Source: Thermomicrobiales bacterium (GTDB lineage Bacteria; Chloroflexota; Chloroflexia; Thermomicrobiales; UBA6265). From it: a stretch of DNA of 64,000 bases. The stretch lies in NCBI GenBank assembly GCA_020853615.1, contig JADYYO010000342.1:3172-67171 (forward strand). The letters are read 5' to 3'. This document shows positions 25,041 through 33,058 of this stretch, in pieces (position 1 is the stretch's first letter; every line of letters begins with the position of its first letter). The position numbers were made by a program, and so were the translations under genes. The notes below the pieces were generated by a model. That model was not told the DNA's origin. It saw nothing but the letters and a program-made list of their open reading frames with translations, and did not search any database.

Positions 25041-25834
25041 TGCCCCCTTCCGTGACCGACCTTCCGGCCCGGCTCGAGCCTGCGGTTCGCGCGGTGATCG
25101 CCGCGCGCGATGCCGGCGAGCCTGGGATCCTGATGATCCGGAGCCCCGGGCTCGGGGCGAGCATGCTCGCGAGCCGGATCCCGACCATGATCGATCTCAC
25201 CGAGCACCAGCGGCGCTGGATCGCCGTCGAGCATGACGCGTCGACGTGGACGTGGGAGAGCAAGAGCCCCGCGCCGACCGGCGCGCCGTTCCAGGCGCCG
25301 CACTACACGATCAGCGCGCCCGCCATGGCCGCGCGCCCGCACCGGGCGCACGACGTGCGGTGTCTGAACCCGACCACGCCGCGGTGTCTCTGCGGGCTCG
25401 CGTCCGATCGCAGCGCCGGCGGGCACGTCGTGACGAAAGCGAGCGTGTGCGAGTTGGCGCGGTTTGGCGTCCTCTTGCTGGACGAGATCGAGGAATTCCA
25501 GCGGTCGACTCTCGAGGCCGCGCGCGAGCGGCTCACCCGGATGGGGCCCACCGCGCCGTTCGTCGTCGCGGCGGCGCGGCCCTGCCCGTGCGGATACGGC
25601 GCGCCGGAACCCGCGGGCTCGGCGTACTGGCGCGATTGCCAGTGCAGCGCCGACGCGATCGCGCGCCACGTCGCGCGCGTCCAGCGGCACGCCGGCATCC
25701 TGCGGCTGGTCCGGTCCGTGGTCCTGCCGACCAACGGGATCGCCAGCCGGCCCACCGAACCGGCCGGCGGCGGGCCCCGGTGCCCCGACCTGGCGACGAT
25801 CCGCGCCGCGATGGCGGCGGAGCGCGCGGCGTGA
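25037..25834 (+). CDS. ComM/YifB (Mg-chelatase-type) AAA+ -like protein, degenerate Walker A
   Basis: IRSPGLGASMLASRIP (vs GPPGSGKTMLA), APHYTIS (PHHTxS), FGVLLLDEIEEFQRSTLEAARERL, AARPCPCGY (NPCPCGY). Confidence 0.7.
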   Translation: MMPPSVTDLPARLEPAVRAVIAARDAGEPGILMIRSPGLGASMLASRIPTMIDLTEHQRRWIAVEHDASTWTWESKSPAPTGAPFQAPHYTISAPAMAARPHRAHDVRCLNPTTPRCLCGLASDRSAGGHVVTKASVCELARFGVLLLDEIEEFQRSTLEAARERLTRMGPTAPFVVAAARPCPCGYGAPEPAGSAYWRDCQCSADAIARHVARVQRHAGILRLVRSVVLPTNGIASRPTEPAGGGPRCPDLATIRAAMAAERAA

Positions 25835-26061
25835 CCCGCCGGGACCACTGTCCGGACTGCGGCGCCGCATACGCGGCGCTCCGGGTCGGCCTGACGTTCG
25901 CGGACGTGCGCCGGGAACTTCGGGCCGAGCCGGAACGCCGACGCGTCACCCGCCACACCGTCCTGGGCCGGCTGCACGAGCACAAGATGAACCTCTGGCG
26001 CTACTGGCACGGGCCGGGGCGCTGCGTTGCCGACACCCACCACGCCCGCGAGGCCGCATGA
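25831..26061 (+). CDS. small zinc-ribbon-like protein
   Basis: GTGA overlap; VTRRDHCPDCGAAYAALRVG... Confidence 0.55.
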   Translation: MTRRDHCPDCGAAYAALRVGLTFADVRRELRAEPERRRVTRHTVLGRLHEHKMNLWRYWHGPGRCVADTHHAREAA

Positions 26062-26606
26062 CCACCGCGACCATGACCGAACCGATCACCCCCACCCTGC
26101 CGCTCCGGAAGCTCCGCGAGATCCTCGTGAGCCTCCCGGTCGATCAGCGCTGCGATCCGCTCTGCCCGGGCTGGATCGTGTCCGAGGGCAACGGCGGGTT
26201 GCGCGTCGAGCGCTGCGACGACTGCGACGGCGAGCGGCGCGCGCTGGGGATGCCCCAGATCTACGATGAGGACGTGCGCCGGTTGCCCGAGGCGCGCCGC
26301 GAGCGGCTCCGCGTCCTGGCCGGCAAGCCGCTCCGCGTCCTAGGCGTCACGTGCGCGGCGATGCACTGGACCGACGGCACCGCCAGCCAGTGGCGGGTCT
26401 ACCGGGTGCCCGTCCGCGGCTACCCGCGCCCGATCAAGGCGCTGGATCTCAACAAGGGCACCGTCATCGCCACGCCGACGATGCGCGGCGACTACACCGC
26501 CAACCAGCGCGGCCTCGCCGCGCAGTACGCCACCCAGGAATGGCCCGCGTTCGCGTGGCCGTCCGCCGACGACGAGATCGCCACCCTCGACAGGAGCAAC
26601 GCATGA
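26058..26606 (+). CDS. hypothetical protein (182 aa)
   Basis: ATGA overlap; MTTATMTEPITPTLPLRKLREILV...CDPLCPGW...CDDCDG. Confidence 0.65.
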   Translation: MTTATMTEPITPTLPLRKLREILVSLPVDQRCDPLCPGWIVSEGNGGLRVERCDDCDGERRALGMPQIYDEDVRRLPEARRERLRVLAGKPLRVLGVTCAAMHWTDGTASQWRVYRVPVRGYPRPIKALDLNKGTVIATPTMRGDYTANQRGLAAQYATQEWPAFAWPSADDEIATLDRSNA

Positions 26607-27133
26607 GCCACGCCAAGCCTTCCCGCCCCGCCCCGCCGTTCTCGGCCGCCGTCCTGGCCTCCGCCCGCGACTACGTGCCGGCGCTGATCGAGGCGTGCGG
26701 CAACCTCAACCCGATTGAGGTGCTGCTCGAGACCGCGCACTACCAGGCGGTTCTCGATCGCCTCGACATGGCCGAGTTCGTCGTGGGGTGGTTCCACGGC
26801 GTCGCCGAGGCGGCCGGCGGCGACAACGTCCGCGAGACCTATCTGCGGCTGCTCGAGGCCACGCGCCCGACCGCGCCCGCGAAGCGCACGGCGCCCGCGA
26901 AGCCCAAGGCCAAGGCCCCCGCGCCGGGGAAGCGCCAGCGCGTGGCCGTGGTGCCGCCGGCCGAGCTCGCGCCCCCCGCGGCGCCGCCCGCGCCCGCGCC
27001 CGCGCTGCCGCCGCCCCCGGCCAGCAAGCGCCAGGTGATGGCGGCGATCTACGAACCGCCGACCGTCACGCCGGCCGCCAGCCCCCGCGGCCGGCGCCAG
27101 CGGGGCACCAACCAGGCGAGCCTCGCGCTCTAG
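26603..27133 (+). CDS. hypothetical protein with Pro/Ala/Lys-rich C-terminus
   Basis: ATGA overlap; MSHAKPSRPAPPFSAAVLASARDYVPALIEACG... Confidence 0.6.
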   Translation: MSHAKPSRPAPPFSAAVLASARDYVPALIEACGNLNPIEVLLETAHYQAVLDRLDMAEFVVGWFHGVAEAAGGDNVRETYLRLLEATRPTAPAKRTAPAKPKAKAPAPGKRQRVAVVPPAELAPPAAPPAPAPALPPPPASKRQVMAAIYEPPTVTPAASPRGRRQRGTNQASLAL

Positions 27134-27142
27134 GGGGCCGCC

Positions 27143-27304
27143 ATGCTGATCTGTCCCCGCTGCAAGACGCCCGTGCGGGCCTGTCACCGCCGCGATCCCG
27201 GATGCACCCATTGCGATGGGTGCGGCTGGTGCGGCACCACCGCGAAGGAAGCGCCCATGCCGAACAAAGCGATCAAGGATGTCGCGCCCGGGGTCGCGCC
27301 GTGA
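27143..27304 (+). CDS. 53-aa zinc-ribbon protein (below ORF-track cutoff)
   Basis: MLICPRCKTPVRACHRRDPGCTHCDGCGWCG...; stop overlaps the next GTG (GTGA). Confidence 0.5.
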   Translation: MLICPRCKTPVRACHRRDPGCTHCDGCGWCGTTAKEAPMPNKAIKDVAPGVAP

Positions 27305-27696
27305 CCCGCGCGCTGGACGTGCTGCCGGAGGCGGCGCGCCGAGCGATGGCCTTGCGCGCGTCGATGGAGTTGCTCGGCGTCGATCTCGAGCGTGTGATCC
27401 TGGCGCTCTCGAGCAGCGAGACGCCCGACCACGCGCGGATCGTCGTCGCCTACTGCGCCACCGAGGGGGATCTCACGAGCGCGCGCTACGTCGCGGTCTG
27501 CGGGGACGTGCCGGTGACGTGGTCGATCGACGAGATCCCGCGCGCCTGGAACGCGCTCACCCAACCCCAGCGCGGGCTCGAGCGGCAACGGTGGGTGTCG
27601 CCCGACGCGCTGACGCTGCTCGTGCTCGATCTCCACCGCGCCGGCGTGCCGATGCCGCGGCTCCCGCCCGGGCTGACGCCCCCACCCCCGAACTAG
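27301..27696 (+). CDS. hypothetical protein (131 aa)
   Basis: VTRALDVLPEAARRAMALRASMELLGVDLERV...; followed by hairpin CCCGGCccggcGCCGGG (27705-27721). Confidence 0.6.
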   Translation: MTRALDVLPEAARRAMALRASMELLGVDLERVILALSSSETPDHARIVVAYCATEGDLTSARYVAVCGDVPVTWSIDEIPRAWNALTQPQRGLERQRWVSPDALTLLVLDLHRAGVPMPRLPPGLTPPPPN

Positions 27697-27777
27697 CGGC
27701 GAAACCCGGCCCGGCGCCGGGTCGCGCGGACCACGCCCCACCGCGCCTGATGAGCCAGGGCACCCCAGGAGACCACC

Positions 27778-28365
27778 ATGATCGTGATCCACCCCGACCA
27801 CAGCCTGACCGACCTGCAAGGCACGCTGCACCGCTGCGCCACCCGGCGCGTGGCCGAGCTCGCCGCCGCGACCAGCGCGCTCCGCGCGGCCGGCTGGACG
27901 GTGCGCGGCCCCGACACGCGCGCCGGCTGGCGCCGCCCGCTGCTGCTCGCGGGCGAGCGGTGCGGTGAGCCGCTGGACGGCGCGCGGAGCGACGAGCGCT
28001 GCCAGGGGCTGGTGATCTTCCGTGGCGGCGGCGTCGACGCGACGTCGCCCGACGCGCTCGTGATCGACGCCTGCGCGGGCCTGCCGCTCGCGGTGATCGA
28101 GGATCGTGGCGTCACGACGGCCGCCCGCGCGATCGTCGCGCTCTACCTCGGGCCGCTGCCCGGCGAGCCCATCCTGTACACCACGCACGGAGACGTTCGC
28201 GGCCCCTGTGGCCACGCTCACAAGTCGATCGAGGCCGCGGTGCGGTGCTTGCGCTCCGATCTGCGCACGAATTCGGACCGCAATGTAATGCGGCTGATCA
28301 ACGGGGGGCGTCAGCCGCTCACGCTCGACGAGGCTCGACTGGTGGATCACTTGGTGGAGGCGTAG
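27778..28365 (+). CDS. hypothetical protein (195 aa)
   Basis: AGGAGA RBS; MIVIHPDHSLTDLQGTLHRC... Confidence 0.75.
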   Translation: MIVIHPDHSLTDLQGTLHRCATRRVAELAAATSALRAAGWTVRGPDTRAGWRRPLLLAGERCGEPLDGARSDERCQGLVIFRGGGVDATSPDALVIDACAGLPLAVIEDRGVTTAARAIVALYLGPLPGEPILYTTHGDVRGPCGHAHKSIEAAVRCLRSDLRTNSDRNVMRLINGGRQPLTLDEARLVDHLVEA

Positions 28366-28368
28366 CCC

Positions 28369-29037
28369 GTGCCCAAGCCTATTCGCCCGCCGGTCTTTTC
28401 ACGCCGCTCGCCGCTCGCGCCCGGGCGCGTCCAGAACGCGGCGGCCCGCTGGTCCGACGCCATGCGCTACCCGCGCGAGCTCACCGACGACGCCGCGACC
28501 GGCGCCGCCGACGCGTACGCCGCCGAGCACGCCGCGCCCGTCATGCCGACGCGCGAGGCGTTCGTGGCGGCGGCCGGCCGCGCGCGCCTTGCGATCGCCG
28601 CGCTGGCGCTGGTGGCGGGCTGCGCTGGCCCCGCGCCCGAGCCCGGCCCGGACGGCGGCGCCGACGCCGGCGCCGACGCCGCGGACGGCGGCGCGTGCGC
28701 CGATCAGTGCCTGCCGCCCGACGCCGGCGACGCCGGCGCGGGCCTGCCGATCAACGCGGCGTGCGAGCCGACGCTCGACGAGTGCGCGCCCGGCCTGACG
28801 TGCCGGATCGCGTCCGCGCACGTCGGCACGTGCCGGCCGATCGGCACGCTCGCGGCCGGCGCGATCTGCACGGCGAGCGATCAGTGCGGCGCCGCCCAGG
28901 CGTGCCTGCCGGCGGAGGCACCCAACCGGCTGCGCTGCCAGGTCGTCTGCGCGATCGCGCGCCCGCTCGAGCGCTGCCAGGCCGGCGAGACCTGCGCCCC
29001 CCAGTGGGGTGCGGACACCGGCGTCTGCATCCCCTGA
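28369..29037 (+). CDS. Cys-rich lipoprotein
   Basis: Lipobox LALVAGC then a D/G/A linker and a 12-Cys domain (CADQC, CEPTLDEC, CTASDQC). Start is GTG 28369, or more likely ATG 28543. Confidence 0.7.
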   Translation: MPKPIRPPVFSRRSPLAPGRVQNAAARWSDAMRYPRELTDDAATGAADAYAAEHAAPVMPTREAFVAAAGRARLAIAALALVAGCAGPAPEPGPDGGADAGADAADGGACADQCLPPDAGDAGAGLPINAACEPTLDECAPGLTCRIASAHVGTCRPIGTLAAGAICTASDQCGAAQACLPAEAPNRLRCQVVCAIARPLERCQAGETCAPQWGADTGVCIP

Positions 29038-29052
29038 TTCCCCAGGAGTCCC

Positions 29053-29853
29053 ATGGAGATCCAACACTTCCCATACGCCCACCTGCGCGTCGCCGCGTGC
29101 AACCCGCGCGTCCAGATCGATCCCGCCGAGCTGCGCCAGCTGGCGCTGCACGTCGCGCGCGACGGCCTCTTGACGCCGCTCCGGGTGACGCCCGGCGGCG
29201 ACATCCTGGCCGGCCAGCGGCGCTGGCGCGCGATCGGGCTCGTGATCGCGTGGCGCGAGCATTTGGTCGACGGCGAGGATGGCGCGCAGCCCGACGAGCA
29301 TGCGCTGTTCGACATGCGGGCCCAAGCGCTGATCGGCGCGGTGCCGTGCGTCGTCGACGACGCCGGCGCCGCCCAGGCGCCGGTCCGCGCGCTCGCCGAG
29401 AACCTGCACCACGAGCCGATGAGCAGCTACGACACGGCCATGGCCTACGCCGCGCTGGCGGGCCCCGTCAACGAGCCGCGCCGGACGATGACCGAGCTTG
29501 CCCGCGAGACCGGGCGCAGCAAGAGCACCGTCTCGCGCATGCTGACCGCGTGGCGTCAGGCCGGCCCCGAGCTCCACGCCGCGTGGCAGGCGGGCCTGGC
29601 GTTCGAGCGCGTGCTCGCGCTGGCGGCGCTGCCGCTCGAGGCGCAGCGCGACGCGCTCGCTGGCGGTCACAAGAGTCACGGCCGGCCTGGGATCGAGGCC
29701 ACCAAGGCGGTGCTGCGCGAACTGCGCGAGACGCATGGCGACAGCCACCCGTACTCTGACGGCGCGATCGCCGCGCTGCGGTTCGTCGCCGGCGAGTTGC
29801 CGATGGACCAGTTCATCTCGACCATCAAGGCGGAAGTCGACGTCTCGCCATGA
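29053..29853 (+). CDS. ParB/Srx-fold N-terminal domain + HTH protein (ParB-like)
   Basis: LLTPLRVTPGGDILAGQRRWRA (GxRRxxA box), ENLHHEPMSSYDTA, HTH MTELARETGRSKSTVSRML; AGGAG RBS. Confidence 0.75.
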   Translation: MEIQHFPYAHLRVAACNPRVQIDPAELRQLALHVARDGLLTPLRVTPGGDILAGQRRWRAIGLVIAWREHLVDGEDGAQPDEHALFDMRAQALIGAVPCVVDDAGAAQAPVRALAENLHHEPMSSYDTAMAYAALAGPVNEPRRTMTELARETGRSKSTVSRMLTAWRQAGPELHAAWQAGLAFERVLALAALPLEAQRDALAGGHKSHGRPGIEATKAVLRELRETHGDSHPYSDGAIAALRFVAGELPMDQFISTIKAEVDVSP

Positions 29854-29892
29854 CGTCCGCGACCGCGATCACCCCCAGCACGGAGAATCCCT

Positions 29893-30105
29893 GTGACCAC
29901 TGAGAACCGCCCCGAGTGGAAACCCCACCGCGCAATCATCGCCGACCTGACGCCGAACCGCGCCACCGTCGTGCGCGTGCTGCCGCGCGGCGCGAAGGAC
30001 GCCGAGCACCGCCCTGACCAGCGGATGGTCGCCTCCGATGAGCCGATGTTCGTCGGTGATAGAGTGTGGATAACCGGACCCCAGGCCGTTGATATCGTGG
30101 GCTGA
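29893..30105 (+). CDS. hypothetical small protein
   Basis: GTG start with GGAGA RBS; TTENRPEWKPHRAIIADL... Confidence 0.55.
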   Translation: MTTENRPEWKPHRAIIADLTPNRATVVRVLPRGAKDAEHRPDQRMVASDEPMFVGDRVWITGPQAVDIVG

Positions 30106-30119
30106 ACAAGGAGATCGTC

Positions 30120-30590
30120 ATGGGTAATACCACCGCATTGATCTGTGGCCGCGGCACCGCACCGGCAGGCCTCCAAGCTGTCGTCGCGCAGGCAGACGCG
30201 CGCTGCGTCGTCATCGACCACCGCGATCCCGACGGGCAACGCAGCTGGTGGATCGATGGGCCGAATCGCGGTGAGCCGTTCGACGGCCAGTTGCAGCGCC
30301 GAATCTGCGCCGCCGCCAAGGCGCAGGGGATTGCCGGGTTCGTCGACGAGAGCGAGGCGACGGTGCCGGTCGCGCCCGCGCCGCGGCGGCGGGGCGGCGT
30401 CCACCGCCACCGCCCCAAGCACACCGACGAGCGCGTGTACATGGGCGAGCACCCCGCCGGCGCCGCCTACGCCAAGGTCCAGTCCGCCCAAGGTGGCGTC
30501 GCCATCCGCGACACGTGCAGCTGCGGCGCGACTCGCCTGACGCTCGCCAATGGCGCCCACGTCGCCCGCGGCAGTTGGACCTCGCCGTGA
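30120..30590 (+). CDS. hypothetical protein (156 aa)
   Basis: AAGGAG RBS; MGNTTALICGRGTAPAGLQAVV... Confidence 0.7.
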   Translation: MGNTTALICGRGTAPAGLQAVVAQADARCVVIDHRDPDGQRSWWIDGPNRGEPFDGQLQRRICAAAKAQGIAGFVDESEATVPVAPAPRRRGGVHRHRPKHTDERVYMGEHPAGAAYAKVQSAQGGVAIRDTCSCGATRLTLANGAHVARGSWTSP

Positions 30591-30799
30591 GATTCTACCG
30601 CGTTCACTTCAAGGCCTTCGACGTCGGATCGGCTGGCTTCGAGTTCTTCACCAATGAAGCCGCCGCCCGGAAGGCGCTGCGGCGCGACGCGCGGATGGAG
30701 CACGACCCGAGCTCGCTCGAGGTGATCGACGTCGAGCCTACCAAGGCGGGGATCTTGCGCGCCCTGCAACGCTACGCGAGCCACCCGGACAACGGGTAG
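30587..30799 (+). CDS. hypothetical small protein
   Basis: GTGA overlap; VRFYRVHFKAFDVGSAGFEFFTNEAAARKAL... Confidence 0.6.
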   Translation: MRFYRVHFKAFDVGSAGFEFFTNEAAARKALRRDARMEHDPSSLEVIDVEPTKAGILRALQRYASHPDNG

Positions 30800-30802
30800 A
30801 CT
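30797..30802 (+). promoter_or_regulatory. TAGACT box, 7 nt upstream of ATG 30810
   Basis: gGTAGACTGgcgcggATG; the TAG is also the stop of the upstream gene. Confidence 0.45.
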
Positions 30803-30809
30803 GGCGCGG

Positions 30810-30929
30810 ATGCTAACGGTCATGCGGGTTTGTTTCGGGATTGCCTTGTTGGCGTTCATCATCTACGCGACGCTGGCTGTGGTCGCAGGCGTCCGCCTGC
30901 TTTGGTGGCGCCTTCATCGCCGTCGGTAG
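30810..30929 (+). CDS. 39-aa single-TM protein (not in ORF track)
   Basis: MLTVMRVCFGIALLAFIIYATLAVVAGVRLLWWRLHRRR; sits just upstream of the lysis genes. Confidence 0.45.
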   Translation: MLTVMRVCFGIALLAFIIYATLAVVAGVRLLWWRLHRRR

Positions 30930-30945
30930 TGGTAGCGTCGCTGGC

Positions 30946-31191
30946 ATGGGATCGCTCTTGCGGCGCTGCGCGCCGTTCGTCGCCGTGCTGGCCTCGCTCC
31001 TGATCGCCTGCGCCACCCACGGCTGGACGCCGTGGTGCTGGGCCTGCGCGTGCGTCTGGACGGGCGACGCCCCGGCCACCCGGGCCAACGTCGACGGGGC
31101 GCTCTGCGCCTACCACGAGGCGCACGACGACGACGCGATCGTGCCGACGTGCCAGCGGTGCCTGATCGAGCGGGGGCTGGTCGCGATCTGA
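30946..31191 (+). CDS. small Cys-rich membrane/secreted protein
   Basis: MGSLLRRCAPFVAVLASLLIACATHGW...; the upstream part of tracked ORF 30841-31191 overlaps the 39-aa gene in another frame. Confidence 0.5.
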   Translation: MGSLLRRCAPFVAVLASLLIACATHGWTPWCWACACVWTGDAPATRANVDGALCAYHEAHDDDAIVPTCQRCLIERGLVAI

Positions 31192-31197
31192 TAGGAT
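31192..31197 (+). promoter_or_regulatory. TAGGAT box, 7 nt upstream of ATG 31205
   Basis: ctgaTAGGATggcggccATG. Confidence 0.4.
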
Positions 31198-31204
31198 GGC
31201 GGCC

Positions 31205-31771
31205 ATGCGTTTCTTCCGCCCGTCCCTGTTGTTCCTGACCCTCTGTTGCTTTGCGCTGCTCACGATGCTCTCGGTGCCGTGGGCGCTGGCCCAGGTCGCG
31301 CCCGCGACGCCGACCGCGTCCGACGGTGGGATGTTCTGGCAGGTCACCGACGGCGTGCTCAGGATCGTCGGGCCGGCGCTGGCGATCGTCCTGACCGCCC
31401 TGGCTGCGTTGCTGGTCCGGACGTTCCAGCAGAAGACGCACGCGACCGTCACCGATCGGCAGATGGCGATGATTGACACGTGGGTGGACGAGGCGGTGCG
31501 CTGGGTGGAGGAGCAGGTCCACAAGCGCGCCAAGGCCGGCGCCGGCAAGCCCGGCCCCGAGAGCAAGCTCGAGATGGGCGTGCGCTACGTGCTCGACCTG
31601 GTGGAAGCGGCTGGCATCCCCGGGTGGACCGCCCAGAAGGTCCAGCAGAAGATCGAGGCGGCGCTCCAGCACGAGCGGGTGGTGAACCGATCGCGCAGCT
31701 CGCTTGCGGAGGCGTTCGGCATGGGTCCGGACGCGATCAAGCCGCCGCCCAGCACCGGCGACGCGCCGTGA
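31205..31771 (+). CDS. holin, LL-H-like family
   Basis: N-terminal hydrophobic segments, then WVDEAVRWVEEQVHKRAKAGAGKPGPESKLEMGVRYVLDLVEAAGIP...KIEAAL, matching the LL-H holin pattern. Alternative ATG at 31196. Confidence 0.6.
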   Translation: MRFFRPSLLFLTLCCFALLTMLSVPWALAQVAPATPTASDGGMFWQVTDGVLRIVGPALAIVLTALAALLVRTFQQKTHATVTDRQMAMIDTWVDEAVRWVEEQVHKRAKAGAGKPGPESKLEMGVRYVLDLVEAAGIPGWTAQKVQQKIEAALQHERVVNRSRSSLAEAFGMGPDAIKPPPSTGDAP

Positions 31772-32280
31772 GCATCGCGATCGGCCTCGCCGCGCTGGCG
31801 GTGATCGGGAGCCTGGTGGCGCTCGCGTTCTACGCGCTGCGCCAGGCGTTCAAGCGCACCGACCAGGCGCTCGAGGGGTGGGTGTCGGCGCTCAAGCACG
31901 CCGACCGCGCGCTCGCGCTCCAGGACCGCGTTGACGTGCTGGGGCGGGAGGTGGAGAGTCGAGATCATGCCCTGGCCGACGTCAACCGCGAGATCACCCA
32001 GCACCGAAGCGCCCTCGAAGTCGTCCGCCGCCAGCGCGACGCCGCGCGCGACGGGCTCCAGGATATCCTCGCGCGCGTCACCGCCGGCGGCGATCTCGCC
32101 GGGCCGGCGGCTGCGCCTCGCGTGGCTCAGCTGGTGCGCGCTCAGCTTGACCGCCTGCAAGCTCTGGGGGGGCGGAGCGCCAGCGGCACGTTGCCCGGAG
32201 CCCCTGCCCCCGCTGCCGGCGCCGCCGCCGACGCTCCAGGTAGTGGAGCGGACGTGCGCGGGCCCGGACCTGCCGGCTGA
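31768..32280 (+). CDS. i-spanin-like protein (N-terminal TM + coiled coil)
   Basis: GTGA overlap; VSIAIGLAALAVIGSLVALAFYAL followed by a R/E/D/L-rich coiled coil. Confidence 0.6.
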   Translation: MSIAIGLAALAVIGSLVALAFYALRQAFKRTDQALEGWVSALKHADRALALQDRVDVLGREVESRDHALADVNREITQHRSALEVVRRQRDAARDGLQDILARVTAGGDLAGPAAAPRVAQLVRAQLDRLQALGGRSASGTLPGAPAPAAGAAADAPGSGADVRGPGPAG

Positions 32281-32461
32281 CGCGCTGGCCTTCCTGGCGC
32301 GCGACTGGCCCGAGCCCGATGCCCAGGGCGGCACCTATCTCTCCCCGCTCGCGACGATCAAGTTCGTGACCGCGCTGACCGCGCTGAACGACTACATCGA
32401 GGACGACCATGCCCAGTGCCACGCGCCGGCGCCCGCCCCAGCCGCAGCCCCAGACCCGTAG
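31967..32461 (+). CDS. o-spanin-like lipoprotein overlapping the i-spanin gene in another frame (start unresolved)
   Basis: RLRLAWLSWCALSLTAC (lipobox Cys codon 32156-32158) then Pro-rich CPEPLPPLPAPPP. No ATG/GTG lies close upstream (CTG at 32111; first ATG at 31967). Confidence 0.4.
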   Translation: MPWPTSTARSPSTEAPSKSSAASATPRATGSRISSRASPPAAISPGRRLRLAWLSWCALSLTACKLWGGGAPAARCPEPLPPLPAPPPTLQVVERTCAGPDLPADALAFLARDWPEPDAQGGTYLSPLATIKFVTALTALNDYIEDDHAQCHAPAPAPAAAPDP

Positions 32462-32999
32462 GTGCCGGTTCGAGGGCCGCCACGGCCGCTGCACCAGCAT
32501 CGCCACCAGCGACGGTTTTTGCGGTCGCCATCTCGAGGAGATCGCCGCCGACGTCGCGACGCCGACCCTGGGCGAGTCGATCCTGAACCTGTTTGCCGGC
32601 ACGCCGCGCCAGCAGCGCAAGGCCCAGGAGCACGTCGTGGCGGGGCTCGGCCAGTTCTTCCAGCAGACGATCGATCGGCGCTTCCCGCCGCCCGGCGCGC
32701 CGCCGGCTGGTGGCCAGGTCGGGCCCGGCCCGGCGGGGCCGGCGCGGCCACGCGTCTCGCCCGAGGCGATCGAGCGGCGCAAGCGGCAGATCGCGGCGCG
32801 CGCGACGATCGGGTTCGAGCCCGACGAGCCGCTGACCGTCGACGCGATCCGCAAGCGCCGCCATGAGCTCATGCGGGTCTGGCACACCGACAAGGCGGCC
32901 GGCGCGCCGGACCCGACGCGCGAGAAGATGGTCCGCCAGATCAACGCCGCCACCGAGTTCCTGCTGGCGCACGTCGCGCCCCCTCCGCCCCAACCGTAG
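32409..32999 (+). CDS. J-domain-like protein (HTD instead of HPD) with N-terminal Cys/His cluster
   Basis: LTVDAIRKRRHELMRVWHTDKAAG...REKMVRQINAATEFLL; N-terminal CRFEGRHGRCTSIATSDGFCGRH. Confidence 0.65.
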   Translation: MPSATRRRPPQPQPQTRRCRFEGRHGRCTSIATSDGFCGRHLEEIAADVATPTLGESILNLFAGTPRQQRKAQEHVVAGLGQFFQQTIDRRFPPPGAPPAGGQVGPGPAGPARPRVSPEAIERRKRQIAARATIGFEPDEPLTVDAIRKRRHELMRVWHTDKAAGAPDPTREKMVRQINAATEFLLAHVAPPPPQP

Positions 33000-33017
33000 C
33001 GGCGCCCCCCGGGGCGG

Positions 33018-33026
33018 TGGTAGCAT
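33018..33026 (+). promoter_or_regulatory. extended -10-like TGGTAGCAT upstream of the SLT gene
   Basis: Identical 9-mer to 40208-40216. Confidence 0.3.
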
Positions 33027-33058
33027 GACCCCCAGCTTTCCCAGGCTGGGGCCCCGCG

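Noticed and set aside
30841-30945. Tracked start of ORF 30841-31191 (MPCWRSSSTRRWLW...), and ATG 31196 as the holin start
   Set aside because: The first 35 codons overlap a better small-TM ORF (30810-30929) in another frame, and the protein-like sequence begins at ATG 30946. For the holin, the TAGGAT box geometry favours ATG 31205, although 31196 cannot be excluded.
33025-33058. ATG 33025 (inside TAGCATG) as the start of the SLT gene
   Set aside because: It is in a different frame (junk translation MTPSFPRLGPRVAAHDLRS...). The SLT frame has a TGA at 33026-33028 and its first usable start is TTG 33059.
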